The notes: generated by a model not told the origin, from the letters alone. A stretch of DNA of 64,000 bases from a virus (IMGVR_UViG_2739368068_000001:1-64000), one strand, 5' to 3'. Positions 27,066 through 36,076 are shown, numbered from the stretch's first letter. Program-made: numbers and translations.

Positions 27066-27221
27066 GATGTTGTTGCCTCGCTCGCTCGGTGCGTGGCGAG
27101 CGGGCCAGGCGGTACACTGACCGCAGGACCCGCGCGCATAAGTGTTTGCCTCACTCGTGGTGCTGGTTTCGACGCTGCCGGCTGGTTAGCCCCGTGACCG
27201 GTCGTCGATGGTGGTCCGTAT

Positions 27222-27260
27222 CGGCCCGTCGCGCGGGAACGCGGCGGGCCGAGGTCTTTC
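27222..27260 (+). terminator. Hairpin antisense to the Rep leader
   Basis: CGGCCCGTCGCG-CGGGAA-CGCGGCGGGCCG followed by AGGTCTTT. The single mismatch is a G-U pair only on the plus strand. Confidence 0.45.
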
Positions 27261-27264
27261 CCGG

Positions 27265-27489
27265 CTAGGACGCGCGGGCGAGCTGGTCGGCGTCGGGGAT
27301 CCCCTCGCGGCTCGCGGCCTCCAGGATCAGCGTTCGGAGCACCGCGGCATCGGATAGCCCACGACCACGGCGGTTGAGGTACGCCGTCCACAGGTCGTGC
27401 TCGTCAGGGCTGAGAGTCGTCTTGGCCTCGTGGATTCGGCGGGGGCGGGTTGACCGCCGCGAGCGCTTCGGCCGAGGTGCTGCGTCCAT
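27265..27489 (-). CDS. Small ribbon-helix-helix-like DNA-binding protein
   Basis: EAKTTLSPDEHDLWTAYLNRRGRGLSDAAVLRTLILEA, a beta-helix-helix pattern. GGAGGG RBS. Confidence 0.55.
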   Translation of the reverse strand: MDAAPRPKRSRRSTRPRRIHEAKTTLSPDEHDLWTAYLNRRGRGLSDAAVLRTLILEAASREGIPDADQLARAS

Positions 27490-27750
27490 GGGGGTGATCC
27501 CTCCCGGGATTGATCACGTATAACTTGGCCCAACTTAGCCGTTCGGTGTCCTGCTGTCGATCTTCCCGGCGTCGTCGGCGTGTCGGCTGTGCCGGTATGC
27601 TCGACCGTGCCCCGTGCGATCGTGCCGACGCTCGCCGTGGCGTGTTGGTGTGCGCTTGCTCGTTGTGCCAGTTAGCGCCCTTTACGCGGCCGGTGGTTCC
27701 CAAACCTGACCCGGTCTGCGGCACGCCTGGTGAGATCCACAGTCGCCGGA

Positions 27751-27789
27751 ACCGGGCCCGGCCGATCGATCTGATCGGCCGGGCCCGGT
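27751..27789. terminator. Hairpin terminator after the recombination genes
   Basis: 17-bp perfect stem ACCGGGCCCGGCCGATC. Confidence 0.75.
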
Positions 27790-27841
27790 GCCTTTCCGGG
27801 GTGCCTACTCGCCGCCGGCGGCGGGGAGCTGGGCCGGCTGG

Positions 27842-28945
27842 TCAGCCACGACGGCCACCCTCCGGACGCGTCTCGGTCGGCGTCGACCGGCCGGGCGCCT
27901 CGTCGGCGGCGACCACCACGGCGTCGGCCGGCGGCGTCGCCTGGTACGCGGCCGGCGGCGGCCCGTCCGGCTCGGCGCCGGCGCGCGGTTCGACGACGGA
28001 CGACACCCGGGCGGTCGCCGGGTCGAACTTCATCACGTGCGTGAGCAGCCATTCCAGGTCGAATTCCCGGCCGAAACGCTCCGGGGTGACCTCGACGGCC
28101 CGGCCGCCGCCCCGACCGTTCGGGCCCGGCGGCTGGATCCCGCCCCCCACCCGCCGCAGGCCGGTGATCGTCGGGTGGTGGTCGACGGAGAGCCGAACCG
28201 TCGCCGTCGTCGAGTACGGCAACATCCGTTGACACTCGATCTTGTAGATGCGGTTCTTCGTCGGCTGCCCGTTGACCATCTCGACGACGTCCTTTGCCCG
28301 GGCGGTCGCGACGACGACGGCCGGCATCGTGACGCACCGGGTGACCAGCCGTTGATGCCGCTTGTTCGCCGGCGTCCAGTACACGGGGTGCGTGTCGGGC
28401 TCGTCGTTCGGGTCCTGCTCCAGCTTGGCCCGGTTCGCCGGCGCCGACCGGGCCCGGTTCTCGGCCCACTCGGACAGCAGCTCCCAAATCTTCGTCATGG
28501 ACTCGATGATGAACAGGATCGGCTTTTCGCCGGCGTCGATCGCGGCCTGGGCCTGCTCGGCCGCATACTCGACGCATCCCCAGATCTGGTGCCACGTCCC
28601 GTCGTGCGGCAGCACCTCGAAGTCCGGGTTCAGTGCGCCGAACTCGTCGACGTCCTCCCCGACGGCCAGGACCAGCACGCGGGAGAACATCGACGACGCG
28701 GACAGATTGAACACGGCCGTCGACTTGCCGGAGTACTCGCCGCCCTCGACGAGGATGAACGGCCAGCGGGTGCCGCCGAGCGGCTTACGCGGCACCGGCC
28801 GATACTGCGGCAGCGGATCGCGGCGGGCCAGGGCCCGGCGGGCCGGCGTCTCGCCGGCGGGCGGCTCGCTGGCCCCGTGCAGCCAGTCGTCGTCAGCGAC
28901 CGGCCGGGCCTTCGCCGGGGCGGGTGCGGTTGCGGTAGAGGTCAT
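27842..28945 (-). CDS. AAA ATPase, Sak4-like recombination protein
   Basis: ILVEGGEYSGKS, FIIESMTKIW. Adjacent to the exonuclease gene. Confidence 0.75.
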   Translation of the reverse strand: MTSTATAPAPAKARPVADDDWLHGASEPPAGETPARRALARRDPLPQYRPVPRKPLGGTRWPFILVEGGEYSGKSTAVFNLSASSMFSRVLVLAVGEDVDEFGALNPDFEVLPHDGTWHQIWGCVEYAAEQAQAAIDAGEKPILFIIESMTKIWELLSEWAENRARSAPANRAKLEQDPNDEPDTHPVYWTPANKRHQRLVTRCVTMPAVVVATARAKDVVEMVNGQPTKNRIYKIECQRMLPYSTTATVRLSVDHHPTITGLRRVGGGIQPPGPNGRGGGRAVEVTPERFGREFDLEWLLTHVMKFDPATARVSSVVEPRAGAEPDGPPPAAYQATPPADAVVVAADEAPGRSTPTETRPEGGRRG

Positions 28946-28947
28946 GA

Positions 28948-29952
28948 TCAGTCCTTCGGTGGTTTGCCGAAACGTCGGTGCTTCTGGTCTCCGTAGGGCG
29001 TCCACGCCAGCACGGGCACGCCCTGGTCGGTTGCGGTCACCGCGCCGAGCAGGCCGGCGCGGAACTCGTTTTCAATCAAGTTGATCTCTTCTTGCGGCTC
29101 CTTCGTCAGCTTGTTGATCTCCGAGATTCGGGCCTTCAACTCGGCCCGGCGGGCGGCGAGCTTCGCCGACCCGGGAATCTCGGCCGTCTTCGCGAGCTGG
29201 CCGGCCGGCCGGCTCGAAGCCTTGAGCGCCTTCGTGGTGGCGTCGGACGCGTCGACGTCCGGCGGCATCCCTTCGGCGACGTGCCACCACCACCAGCGGG
29301 CCGCCCGGGTGACGATCCACGACAGCCGCGCCTCATGGCGGTCGACCCGCCACCAGCGAAGCCCGTCAGTGCAGCCGTCGGCGACGACGTACCAGTGCGG
29401 GCAGCCGGTCACGGCCATGCACCATTCGGCTTGGACGACGGCGTGCACGGCCGGCCCGTACTTCCAGTGCTCGCCCCAGTCGTCGGGGTCGGGCGCTTTG
29501 AACTCGACGCCGCCGCCGTCGCTGGTGAACCGGTCCGGGTTGCAGCGCATCCAACCCGGCACCGTTGAGTCGGTCACCGGGTCGTACTCGGGTACCGCCC
29601 ACGTACCTGTCTTGCGCAGTGCAAGGCCGGTTTCGTCGGCGAACCACTGCGCGAGCATCAGCTCTGCGTACCGGCCCCGGGTCATCATCGGCGTCTCGTC
29701 GACCGGCGGCCGGGCGCCCGTCTTGGTCAGCCACAACCCGTACTCCGTCTCCCAGTTGACGAGTCCGAGGATCGCCGCGATGTCCGACCCGCCGATCCCG
29801 TCGAGCCGGGCATCCCGCCACCGGTCATACATCGTTCGGGCCGCGTCGGCCGGCAGGATCTCCACCGCGTCGACCGGCACAGGCCAGCCACCGTCAGCGA
29901 CGGTCGCCAGCGCAGCCGGTGACGGGGTATGGTGTCCGGTCAAGAGGTTCAT
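28948..29952 (-). CDS. YqaJ-like (lambda exonuclease family) viral recombinase nuclease
   Basis: WRDARLDGIGGSDIAAILG, MTRGRYAE, MRCNPDR, VEFKA, VVQAEWCMAVTG. Confidence 0.88.
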   Translation of the reverse strand: MNLLTGHHTPSPAALATVADGGWPVPVDAVEILPADAARTMYDRWRDARLDGIGGSDIAAILGLVNWETEYGLWLTKTGARPPVDETPMMTRGRYAELMLAQWFADETGLALRKTGTWAVPEYDPVTDSTVPGWMRCNPDRFTSDGGGVEFKAPDPDDWGEHWKYGPAVHAVVQAEWCMAVTGCPHWYVVADGCTDGLRWWRVDRHEARLSWIVTRAARWWWWHVAEGMPPDVDASDATTKALKASSRPAGQLAKTAEIPGSAKLAARRAELKARISEINKLTKEPQEEINLIENEFRAGLLGAVTATDQGVPVLAWTPYGDQKHRRFGKPPKD

Positions 29953-30100
29953 TGACGTGACTCTCCGCGCTCGTCGTGGGTGTCCTGTCGGTGTTTCCTT
30001 CTGGTAGATGCGCCTCCGGTCCAAGGCACGCACCCTTCGCGGGTGCAGACGTCCAGCAACGTCGCCGCGGATACCGGGGGCGTGTCGTTTCTCAGACCGC

Positions 30101-30610
30101 CTATCCCGCGTCCGTGTCGGCCGGCTTCGGCATACGCGGGCCGAGCTTGCCCGGGCCGGGCTTCGGCCGGCCGCCGGGCGTGGGAAAGAAATCCTCGTCG
30201 GTGCGACCCCACCGGGCGAGCCAGCGGCGGACGTCACCGGCGCGATAGAGCGGCTGGTCGGACCCGCGACCGCCGGTGTCACCGGGCCGCTTGACGTCGG
30301 CGGTCGCCTCGTTCGCCGGCGGGATCATCGTCATGGGGCCCTGAGGCTGGCCGTTGAGGTAGTTGTTTCGGAGCCGGTTGTACGCGGCCCGGGACGGGTA
30401 GCCGCCAGCCTTGATGACCTTCGCTGCGCTCCACAGCGCGTCGTCGCCGGCGAGCCGGTCGCGGCGGAGCTGGCGCGACCGTTCCGGCAGGGCGGCGACG
30501 GCTACACGGGACATGTCCGCGAGCTGCGCAAGCGACGCCTGCTGGATCCGGTCGTGCACCTCCTCCGTGCTCATGTCGCCGATCTGATCGGCGGTCAGCG
30601 TGGCTGTCAC
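30101..30610 (-). CDS. AlpA/Xis-like DNA-binding protein
   Basis: LWSAAKVIKAGG...PLYRAGDVRRWLARWGR. GGAGGA RBS. First gene after dyad promoter 6. Confidence 0.55.
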   Translation of the reverse strand: MTATLTADQIGDMSTEEVHDRIQQASLAQLADMSRVAVAALPERSRQLRRDRLAGDDALWSAAKVIKAGGYPSRAAYNRLRNNYLNGQPQGPMTMIPPANEATADVKRPGDTGGRGSDQPLYRAGDVRRWLARWGRTDEDFFPTPGGRPKPGPGKLGPRMPKPADTDAG

Positions 30611-30674
30611 TGGTCTACTCCTCCGGTTGTTGACGGGTGATGCCGTCGGATGCGTTCACGGTAGGCAGACCACA

Positions 30675-30705
30675 AACTTTAGTCAACATGTTGTTGCGCA
30701 TGTGT
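30675..30705. promoter_or_regulatory. 31-bp dyad site 6 and minus-strand promoter
   Basis: AACTTTAGTCAA-CATGTTG-TTGCGCATGTGT. Minus strand TTGACT-N17-TACCGT. Confidence 0.75.
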
Positions 30706-30751
30706 TGGCCGCCGACGGAACCGGCTGTGTCCCGCCGGCGGCCCCTTGCGA

Positions 30752-30946
30752 CTACCGGGTCAGTACGGCGGCGCCGACCACCGCGCCGACAACGAGCGCG
30801 GCGAGCACGACCAGGCCGACCGCGCGGGCGAGCGCGTCGACGACCTCGCCGAGCCACTCGACCACGTCTTGCCAGAACAGGCCGACACCGAGGCCGGCGG
30901 CTGTGCCCGCGACGGCGACCGCGACCCATTCGACGGTGCCCATCAC
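30752..30946 (-). CDS. Small membrane protein
   Basis: Two hydrophobic helices. Coupled to the upstream stop. Confidence 0.5.
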   Translation of the reverse strand: MMGTVEWVAVAVAGTAAGLGVGLFWQDVVEWLGEVVDALARAVGLVVLAALVVGAVVGAAVLTR

Positions 30947-31485
30947 CGCAGGCCCGTAGCGGTCGGGTCCAGCACCGTCACGATGACGACGACCAGGCCG
31001 CCGGGCCCGTACCGGGGGCGGGCGACCGGCTCGCCGATCGTGATGTGTTCCCCGTCCAGGTGCTCATCCGAGTCGTCGACCAGCAGCCCGTACCCGGGTG
31101 CGATCCCGGCCGGTACGGTCCGCCGGCCGCCGCCCGGCGCCGACCGCATGATCGGCTTCGGCGGGCCGAGCCCGTCAACGACCGGCTTGGTCGTGGCCCG
31201 GTAGTTCAGCCGGTCGCGGTGCGCCCGGTCGCAGAAGTGGAGCACGATGTCGATCCGGACTCGTAGCAGCCCTTTCGGGAGTCGGGTCGGCCGGCCGCCG
31301 GGCGTCGAGGCCGGGCCGCGCCATGCCTGCGCGGCCTGGCAGGCAGCGGCCCGCCATGCCCGTTTCTGAGACCAGTGCCCGGCCTGGTTCATCGACAGGA
31401 TCGGCACCCCTGGTGGAGGGATCCGCAGTTCGTATCGGGTGCCCGGCGGCGGCTGTGTCGCTGGCCGAGAGGGTGACGTACCCAT
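30943..31485 (-). CDS. RusA-like Holliday junction resolvase
   Basis: ILSMNQAGHW...RDRLNYRATTKPVVDGL...LLVDDS pattern. Confidence 0.75.
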   Translation of the reverse strand: MGTSPSRPATQPPPGTRYELRIPPPGVPILSMNQAGHWSQKRAWRAAACQAAQAWRGPASTPGGRPTRLPKGLLRVRIDIVLHFCDRAHRDRLNYRATTKPVVDGLGPPKPIMRSAPGGGRRTVPAGIAPGYGLLVDDSDEHLDGEHITIGEPVARPRYGPGGLVVVIVTVLDPTATGLR

Positions 31486-31520
31486 GGTGACCTTTCGCAG
31501 CAGGGAAGGCTGTCCACGTG

Positions 31521-31571
31521 GGGCGGCGACCGCCTACCCCGCCGGTCGGGCGGGGTAGGCGGTCGCCGCCC
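31521..31571. terminator. Hairpin terminator
   Basis: 23-bp perfect stem GGGCGGCGACCGCCTACCCCGCC. Confidence 0.8.
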
Positions 31572-31577
31572 GATTCG

Positions 31578-31724
31578 CTACCGGGACTCCGGCCGGCGCT
31601 CGCCGGCGCGGTCCGCTGCGCGGGCCAGCTCGCTTCGCTCGAAGTCGTCCGAGAGGCGGCGAAGCTGCGCGGTCATCAGGTCGGGTACGGGCGCGTGCGG
31701 CGGCGGTGTGGGGTTGCTGTCCAT
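31578..31724 (-). CDS. 48-aa hypothetical protein
   Basis: CAGGAGGA RBS. Has its own dyad promoter and terminator. Confidence 0.55.
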   Translation of the reverse strand: MDSNPTPPPHAPVPDLMTAQLRRLSDDFERSELARAADRAGERRPESR

Positions 31725-31794
31725 CGGTCCTCCTGGCTGTCGCGGCCCAGCAGCCACGACGATTGATCGGAAAGTCCACGCTACCCCTACCCAA

Positions 31795-31825
31795 ATCTTT
31801 GGGCAACATGTTGTTGCTTGTTCCG
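31795..31825. promoter_or_regulatory. 31-bp dyad site 7 and minus-strand promoter
   Basis: ATCTTTGGGCAA-CATGTTG-TTGCTTGTTCCG. Minus strand TTGCCC-N17-TAGCGT. Confidence 0.75.
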
Positions 31826-31914
31826 TCGCCATTCGGCCGCCGACGGAACGCGGAACGGCGGAAGAACGGAACGGCGGAAGAACGGCGACCGGCGACGAAA
31901 GCGCGGAACAACGA

Positions 31915-31949
31915 ACGGGCCCCGACCGGGTGTACCGGTCGGGGCCCGT
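31915..31949. terminator. Hairpin terminator
   Basis: 15-bp perfect stem ACGGGCCCCGACCGG. Confidence 0.75.
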
Positions 31950-31964
31950 CAGGCGTCCGAAACT

Positions 31965-32663
31965 CTACTCTCGGCAGCAGGTAAGGCAGCAGTCGACGTC
32001 GCCGGACCCTCCGCACCGGTCGCCACCGGTCGGCAACGCCACCTCTGCGCACCGGTTGTACGGCCGGTGCCCGCACTCGGCCGGCTCCGGCAGCCCGCAA
32101 AACCTGTGCCGGGCCGGGTCCGGGCACGGCTGGCCGATCATCCCCTGCCCGTACGTGTAGCACTCCGCGCACACGTCCAGGTGGCCGAGCCGGCCCGTCG
32201 ACGTCACCACGGCGATTACACCACCGCAGACGCAACGGGCGTCGGCGTCGTCGCCCAGGCCGAGCCCGGCGAGCCGCATGTGGATGGCAAGCAACCGCTG
32301 TCCCTCGCCCCGCTCGACGATCGGGCCCCACGCCGCCGCGTACGCGGCGGTCCGGAACCGGGCCAGCAGCCCGCCGGCCGTCTGCCGCCGCGCGTCGTCG
32401 AGGCGGCCGGTCAGCATGGTCTGACCGGTCGGGATCAGCTCGATCGTCCACGTGGTGCCGTCGTCATCGTTGCGGACGTAGCGCCACAACCCGTCGGCGC
32501 TGGTCGCCTCCCAGACCTCCGGCCGGGTGACGCCGCCGGGGTCGGTGACCGGCCGGACGTACGTGGGGCGGTTGGTGGTGGTCCCGAGCGGTGTCAACGG
32601 TCCCAGCGGGCGAGGTGCAGGCAGCCGGGCGCCGCGCGGCAGCACGGTGTACGTGGTCGTCAC
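31965..32663 (-). CDS. Hypothetical protein with a Cys/His-rich C-terminus
   Basis: CVCGG, HLDVCAEC, HRFC, CGH and CCLTCC motifs. CAGGAGGA RBS. Confidence 0.6.
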   Translation of the reverse strand: MTTTYTVLPRGARLPAPRPLGPLTPLGTTTNRPTYVRPVTDPGGVTRPEVWEATSADGLWRYVRNDDDGTTWTIELIPTGQTMLTGRLDDARRQTAGGLLARFRTAAYAAAWGPIVERGEGQRLLAIHMRLAGLGLGDDADARCVCGGVIAVVTSTGRLGHLDVCAECYTYGQGMIGQPCPDPARHRFCGLPEPAECGHRPYNRCAEVALPTGGDRCGGSGDVDCCLTCCRE

Positions 32664-32725
32664 GGTGGTTTCCTCCTGGTCTGTCGGGCCCAGCAGCCCG
32701 ACGTGATCAACCTAACCCGCCCCAA

Positions 32726-32756
32726 ATCTTTACGCAACATGTTGTTGATTAAACCC
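32726..32756. promoter_or_regulatory. 31-bp dyad site 8 with divergent promoters
   Basis: ATCTTTACGCAA-CATGTTG-TTGATTAAACCC. Minus strand TTGCGT-N17-TAGGTT, plus strand TTGATT-N17-TAGCGT. Confidence 0.8.
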
Positions 32757-32796
32757 ATGCCTCGGGTTAGCGTGATGGCATCTGTTCCCGCAGAGA

Positions 32797-33819
32797 GTGA
32801 GGCAACCCTTGACCGAAACGATCATTGGCGGTGTGCGCGCGTACGGCGACGAGGCGCCACGCCCCGAGCGGTGGGCGGCAGTCATCACGATGCCTGTCGA
32901 TCCGGATCCGACCGTGCCCGCGCTGGTGCGCCGCGTCGGCCCGTACAGCAACAGCGTCACCGCGCACAACGCCTGTTACCGGCTCGCCTGGCTGGCCGGC
33001 ACCGCCGCGCCGGCCGGGACGACCATCGAACTCGCCTTGTACGACCCGACGCAGCCGCACCTGTCGCCCCGGCCGGCGCTGGCTACCGAGGAACTCGCCG
33101 AGGAACTGCGCCGAGAGCCGGCATCGGATGGCTTCTACAACTTCCCGTCCCTGTATCACCGGCTGCTGCTCACCCACGGGGAGTCGGCCGCCGAGGAGGC
33201 GTGGCGGGCGGTGCGCAGCTACGTCAGCGCCGAGGAGGAGGCGGCGGCGGAACGGCGGAAAAAGGCCGACAGCGAAGCGGTGCGGCTCGCCCCGTACCGG
33301 GCCGAGATCGCCCGGGCGGCGGCGGCCCGCCGTACGCTGGTCGCCGCGCCGATCCTCAACGCCGCCGCCGCCATGTTCGCCGACCTGCTCGACGTCTCCG
33401 ACCGGCACGGCGCGGCCCGGGACCTCTGGCCGCGCGTGGCGAATCTGCCGATGGCCTGCCTCATGCTGGCCGAAGACGCGATCGTGGGCGGCAGCGGCCC
33501 GGACGGCGCCGACCCGGCGGCGATCCGGCTGGTAACCGAGGTGGTCGAGAGGTGCCACGCACGGGGTATCCGGGTCCGGTGGAGCGGCTCCAGCGCGTTG
33601 ATCGCCCGGCCGGGTGGTGGGCATCAGCCCGGCCCGACCGGGCCCCTGGCGCTCGCGCTCGGTACGCGAGGCTGGCGGTTGAGCCTGCACGAGTCGTCGG
33701 CGGAGCCGGCCGCGATCCTGGCGACGTACGACGAGGCGGGCGCCGCCGCCGTCGTCGACGTCCTGGCGGCCCTGCTCGCCGGAGAGGTCCCCGACCCGTT
33801 CGGCGGCCGACTCGGCTGA
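32797..33819 (+). CDS. Hypothetical protein
   Basis: Lies between dyad promoter 8 and a terminator. The start may be the TTG a few codons in. Confidence 0.6.
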   Translation: MRQPLTETIIGGVRAYGDEAPRPERWAAVITMPVDPDPTVPALVRRVGPYSNSVTAHNACYRLAWLAGTAAPAGTTIELALYDPTQPHLSPRPALATEELAEELRREPASDGFYNFPSLYHRLLLTHGESAAEEAWRAVRSYVSAEEEAAAERRKKADSEAVRLAPYRAEIARAAAARRTLVAAPILNAAAAMFADLLDVSDRHGAARDLWPRVANLPMACLMLAEDAIVGGSGPDGADPAAIRLVTEVVERCHARGIRVRWSGSSALIARPGGGHQPGPTGPLALALGTRGWRLSLHESSAEPAAILATYDEAGAAAVVDVLAALLAGEVPDPFGGRLG

Positions 33820-33830
33820 GCAGCAGTCTC

Positions 33831-33863
33831 GGGGCCCCGGTCGATTCGCTCGACCGGGGCCCC
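33831..33863. terminator. Hairpin terminator abutting dyad site 9
   Basis: 14-bp perfect stem GGGGCCCCGGTCGA. Confidence 0.75.
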
Positions 33864-33864
33864 A

Positions 33865-33895
33865 ATCTTTGGGCAACATGTTGTTGACTAAAGAT
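33865..33895. promoter_or_regulatory. 31-bp dyad site 9 and plus-strand promoter
   Basis: ATCTTTGGGCAA-CATGTTG-TTGACTAAAGAT. Plus strand TTGACT-N17-TAGTCT. Confidence 0.85.
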
Positions 33896-33961
33896 GCTGT
33901 GAAGGTTAGTCTGATCTCGTTCGGGGCGACGCTGGCGCCCCAACGGACCAGGGGAGACGCC

Positions 33962-34318
33962 ATGAAGGTTGAAATGAGCGAAGCGCAGTACGACGCGATG
34001 ACGGCGGTACTCAACCGCCGGGGTAACACCGTGATCCGGTACACCGACGCGACCGTCTCCACCATGCTCGCCATGAAGCGGCGCAACTGGGTCGACCTCG
34101 TGTGGATCACGACGGACGGAAAGCGCCGGATCCTCTCGGCCAAGGTCCGCCCGCAGGGCCTCGCCGCCTACGACCGCGAGACCGTGCGCCGCGAGGCCGA
34201 GGAGAAGCGCCGGGCCCGTCTGGCGGCGGTGCTGGCCACGACCGGCAAGCCGTCGCTGACCGCGCAGGTCGACGCGTTCTCGCTGGTCAAGACGCGCGAA
34301 CTCGCAATCCCGTTCTGA
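33962..34318 (+). CDS. Small wHTH-like early protein
   Basis: MSEAQYDAMTAV...TVSTMLAMKRRNWVDL. AGGGGAG RBS. Confidence 0.6.
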   Translation: MKVEMSEAQYDAMTAVLNRRGNTVIRYTDATVSTMLAMKRRNWVDLVWITTDGKRRILSAKVRPQGLAAYDRETVRREAEEKRRARLAAVLATTGKPSLTAQVDAFSLVKTRELAIPF

Positions 34319-34325
34319 TCGGCGA

Positions 34326-34362
34326 GACAGTGCGGCCGGGGTGACACCCCGGCCGCACTGTC
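34326..34362 (+). terminator. Hairpin terminator
   Basis: 17-bp perfect stem GACAGTGCGGCCGGGGT. Confidence 0.8.
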
Positions 34363-34960
34363 GTTTCTGGCCTGACCCCCGAACGGCCTACAAGCCCCGT
34401 CGGCGGGACCGGGCTAAAAGTTGGGTTAAGTTTGGCGCCGACCAGCGCGGAAGCGCCGTTCGTGGGGGGTACGCTCACGCCACGCGGCCGGGCGCCGCCG
34501 ACTCCCATGGCGGCTGGACCGCCGGGCCAAGGTGGTACCGCTCGCGTTACCCGTTCGACGTCGATGTCACGTGGACCGCTGTCGTAGCCCCGGCAGCGGA
34601 GGCCGCGCGCTGGTGCGCGCGGCCTCCGGCCCCCCGGGCGATCGCGACAGCCCGTCTCGCGGCCGGTGTCGCGATCGACGGCGGCGGGGGCGAGGTTGCC
34701 GTTAGCCCCGTGCGCCTGCCCCCGCCGCCTGCCCCCTCAAACCGTCTGTGGTCGGCTCGGCCGGCTGTCCGCCCGCCGGTCGCCTGTGCGCGCCACGAAC
34801 GCTAACCCGCCGGCCGGCCGGCTCGTTAGTGTCTGTCTGGTCACTACTCGATCATCCCAAACGTCGTCATATCGGCGATTGCGCATCGTCTATGACGGTC
34901 TGCGCAGGTACCGGCCCGTGCCGGCCGACACTGTTTCACCCGGATGGATCGCTGGAAGGC
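34363..34960. other. Hairpin-rich apparently non-coding segment
   Basis: No convincing RBS-led ORF. At least three stems: about 34598-34629, 34640-34677 and 34680-34730. Confidence 0.35.
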
Positions 34961-34983
34961 CCGTTGCCGCAACAACTATTTTC

Positions 34984-35014
34984 AACTTTGGTACACAACA
35001 TGTTGCCTAAAGAT
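34984..35014. promoter_or_regulatory. 31-bp dyad site 10 (inverted spacer) and plus-strand promoter
   Basis: AACTTTGGTACA-CAACATG-TTGCCTAAAGAT. Plus strand TTGCCT-N17-TAGGCT. Confidence 0.8.
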
Positions 35015-35069
35015 GGGTTGGCGGTTAGGCTCAATACAACACCACGGACACGAGCAAGGGAGCAGCGAC

Positions 35070-35294
35070 ATGCAGGCGATGCAGGCGAACATCTTCGGCG
35101 AGCTGACCGACGTCACCCCGGCCGCCCGGCCGGCGAAGCCCGTCAAGCCGGCCCGGCCCGCCGCCGAACCGCTGACCCTGTTCGCGCTCGAAGGCGACCA
35201 GTTCGCCGGCCAGACCGTCGCACTCGGCCACGGCTGGGATATGGCGATCGCCGCCCCCGGAACCGAGGTCCGCAGCAACGTCACCGCCATCTGA
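35070..35294 (+). CDS. Small hypothetical protein
   Basis: AAGGGAG RBS. Confidence 0.6.
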   Translation: MQAMQANIFGELTDVTPAARPAKPVKPARPAAEPLTLFALEGDQFAGQTVALGHGWDMAIAAPGTEVRSNVTAI

Positions 35295-35442
35295 GCGGTA
35301 CCAACCCACCGAGAGGAGGTGCACGCCAACAAGACGGGCGCGGCCAGCGGTCCACATCCGCCAGCCGCGCCCGCCGCCTACCAACACCCGGGACCGCCGC
35401 CGCAAACGGCATCCCGGGCCGATCGGAAGTGGAGCCCCGATC

Positions 35443-35634
35443 ATGTCCAGTTTCCCAGACCTCGCCGCACGCTGGCGGGCAGCCACCGAAGCGGCCCGCA
35501 CCGGCAGCCGCGACGCCCAACGCGAAGCCGAGCAACTCGCCCGCGAGCTGCACGACTCGCCCGAGGTAGCACACGCACGGCGCGTCATCGCGAGCGCCGG
35601 CAACGGCGGCCGACCCCCGGCCGGACTGTCCTAA
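35443..35634 (+). CDS. Small hypothetical protein
   Basis: GGAG RBS. Helical. Confidence 0.5.
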   Translation: MSSFPDLAARWRAATEAARTGSRDAQREAEQLARELHDSPEVAHARRVIASAGNGGRPPAGLS

Positions 35635-35756
35635 CCCGACCCGCACCACCCCGCCCCGCTGGTCACCACGCCAGCGGGGCGCACTCTTTTCGCCGTCCGG
35701 CCGCTACCGTGTGCCGCAGACACATACGAGCGCGTACCGCTGGGAAAGGGCAGACC

Positions 35757-35927
35757 ATGACCACCGACACCCCGACGGCCGGTACCCGCCGGCACGCTGC
35801 CGGCGCACTGTACCGACCAGGCCGGGCACGCCGGCTGTCCCTGCTCGGCCACGGCCTACGCGGCGCCGCGGTGCTCCTCGCCGCTACAGCCGCACTCGTC
35901 ATCGCGTGGGTACTGACCATCCGGTGA
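35757..35927 (+). CDS. Small membrane protein
   Basis: GAAAGGG RBS. C-terminal hydrophobic helix. Confidence 0.5.
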   Translation: MTTDTPTAGTRRHAAGALYRPGRARRLSLLGHGLRGAAVLLAATAALVIAWVLTIR

Positions 35928-35957
35928 CAGCCGGCGACGGAGTCTGAAACGACGGAA

Positions 35958-35995
35958 GGATGCCCGCACCCCCCGGCGGGGAGGTACGGGCATCC
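35958..35995. terminator. Hairpin between the convergent early and lysis genes
   Basis: GGATGCCCG...CGGGCATCC stem. Confidence 0.6.
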
Positions 35996-36076
35996 GAGGC
36001 GAACAGTCCGGGGAGACATTCGGGGTGGGGCGGACCGTCCACCACGCCACCCGCTAGGGGTCGGGCGGCGAGCTGC

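Noticed and set aside
27063-27085. CATGATGTTGTTGCC at the rep start as a dyad site
   Set aside because: No left arm and no spaced -10 box. It may just be RBS and start context. The same applies to the GATGTTGACC match near 7696.
30675-33895. CAACATGTTG as a LexA SOS box
   Set aside because: The actinobacterial SOS box is TCGAAC-N4-GTTCGA. Both the spacing and the outer bases differ.
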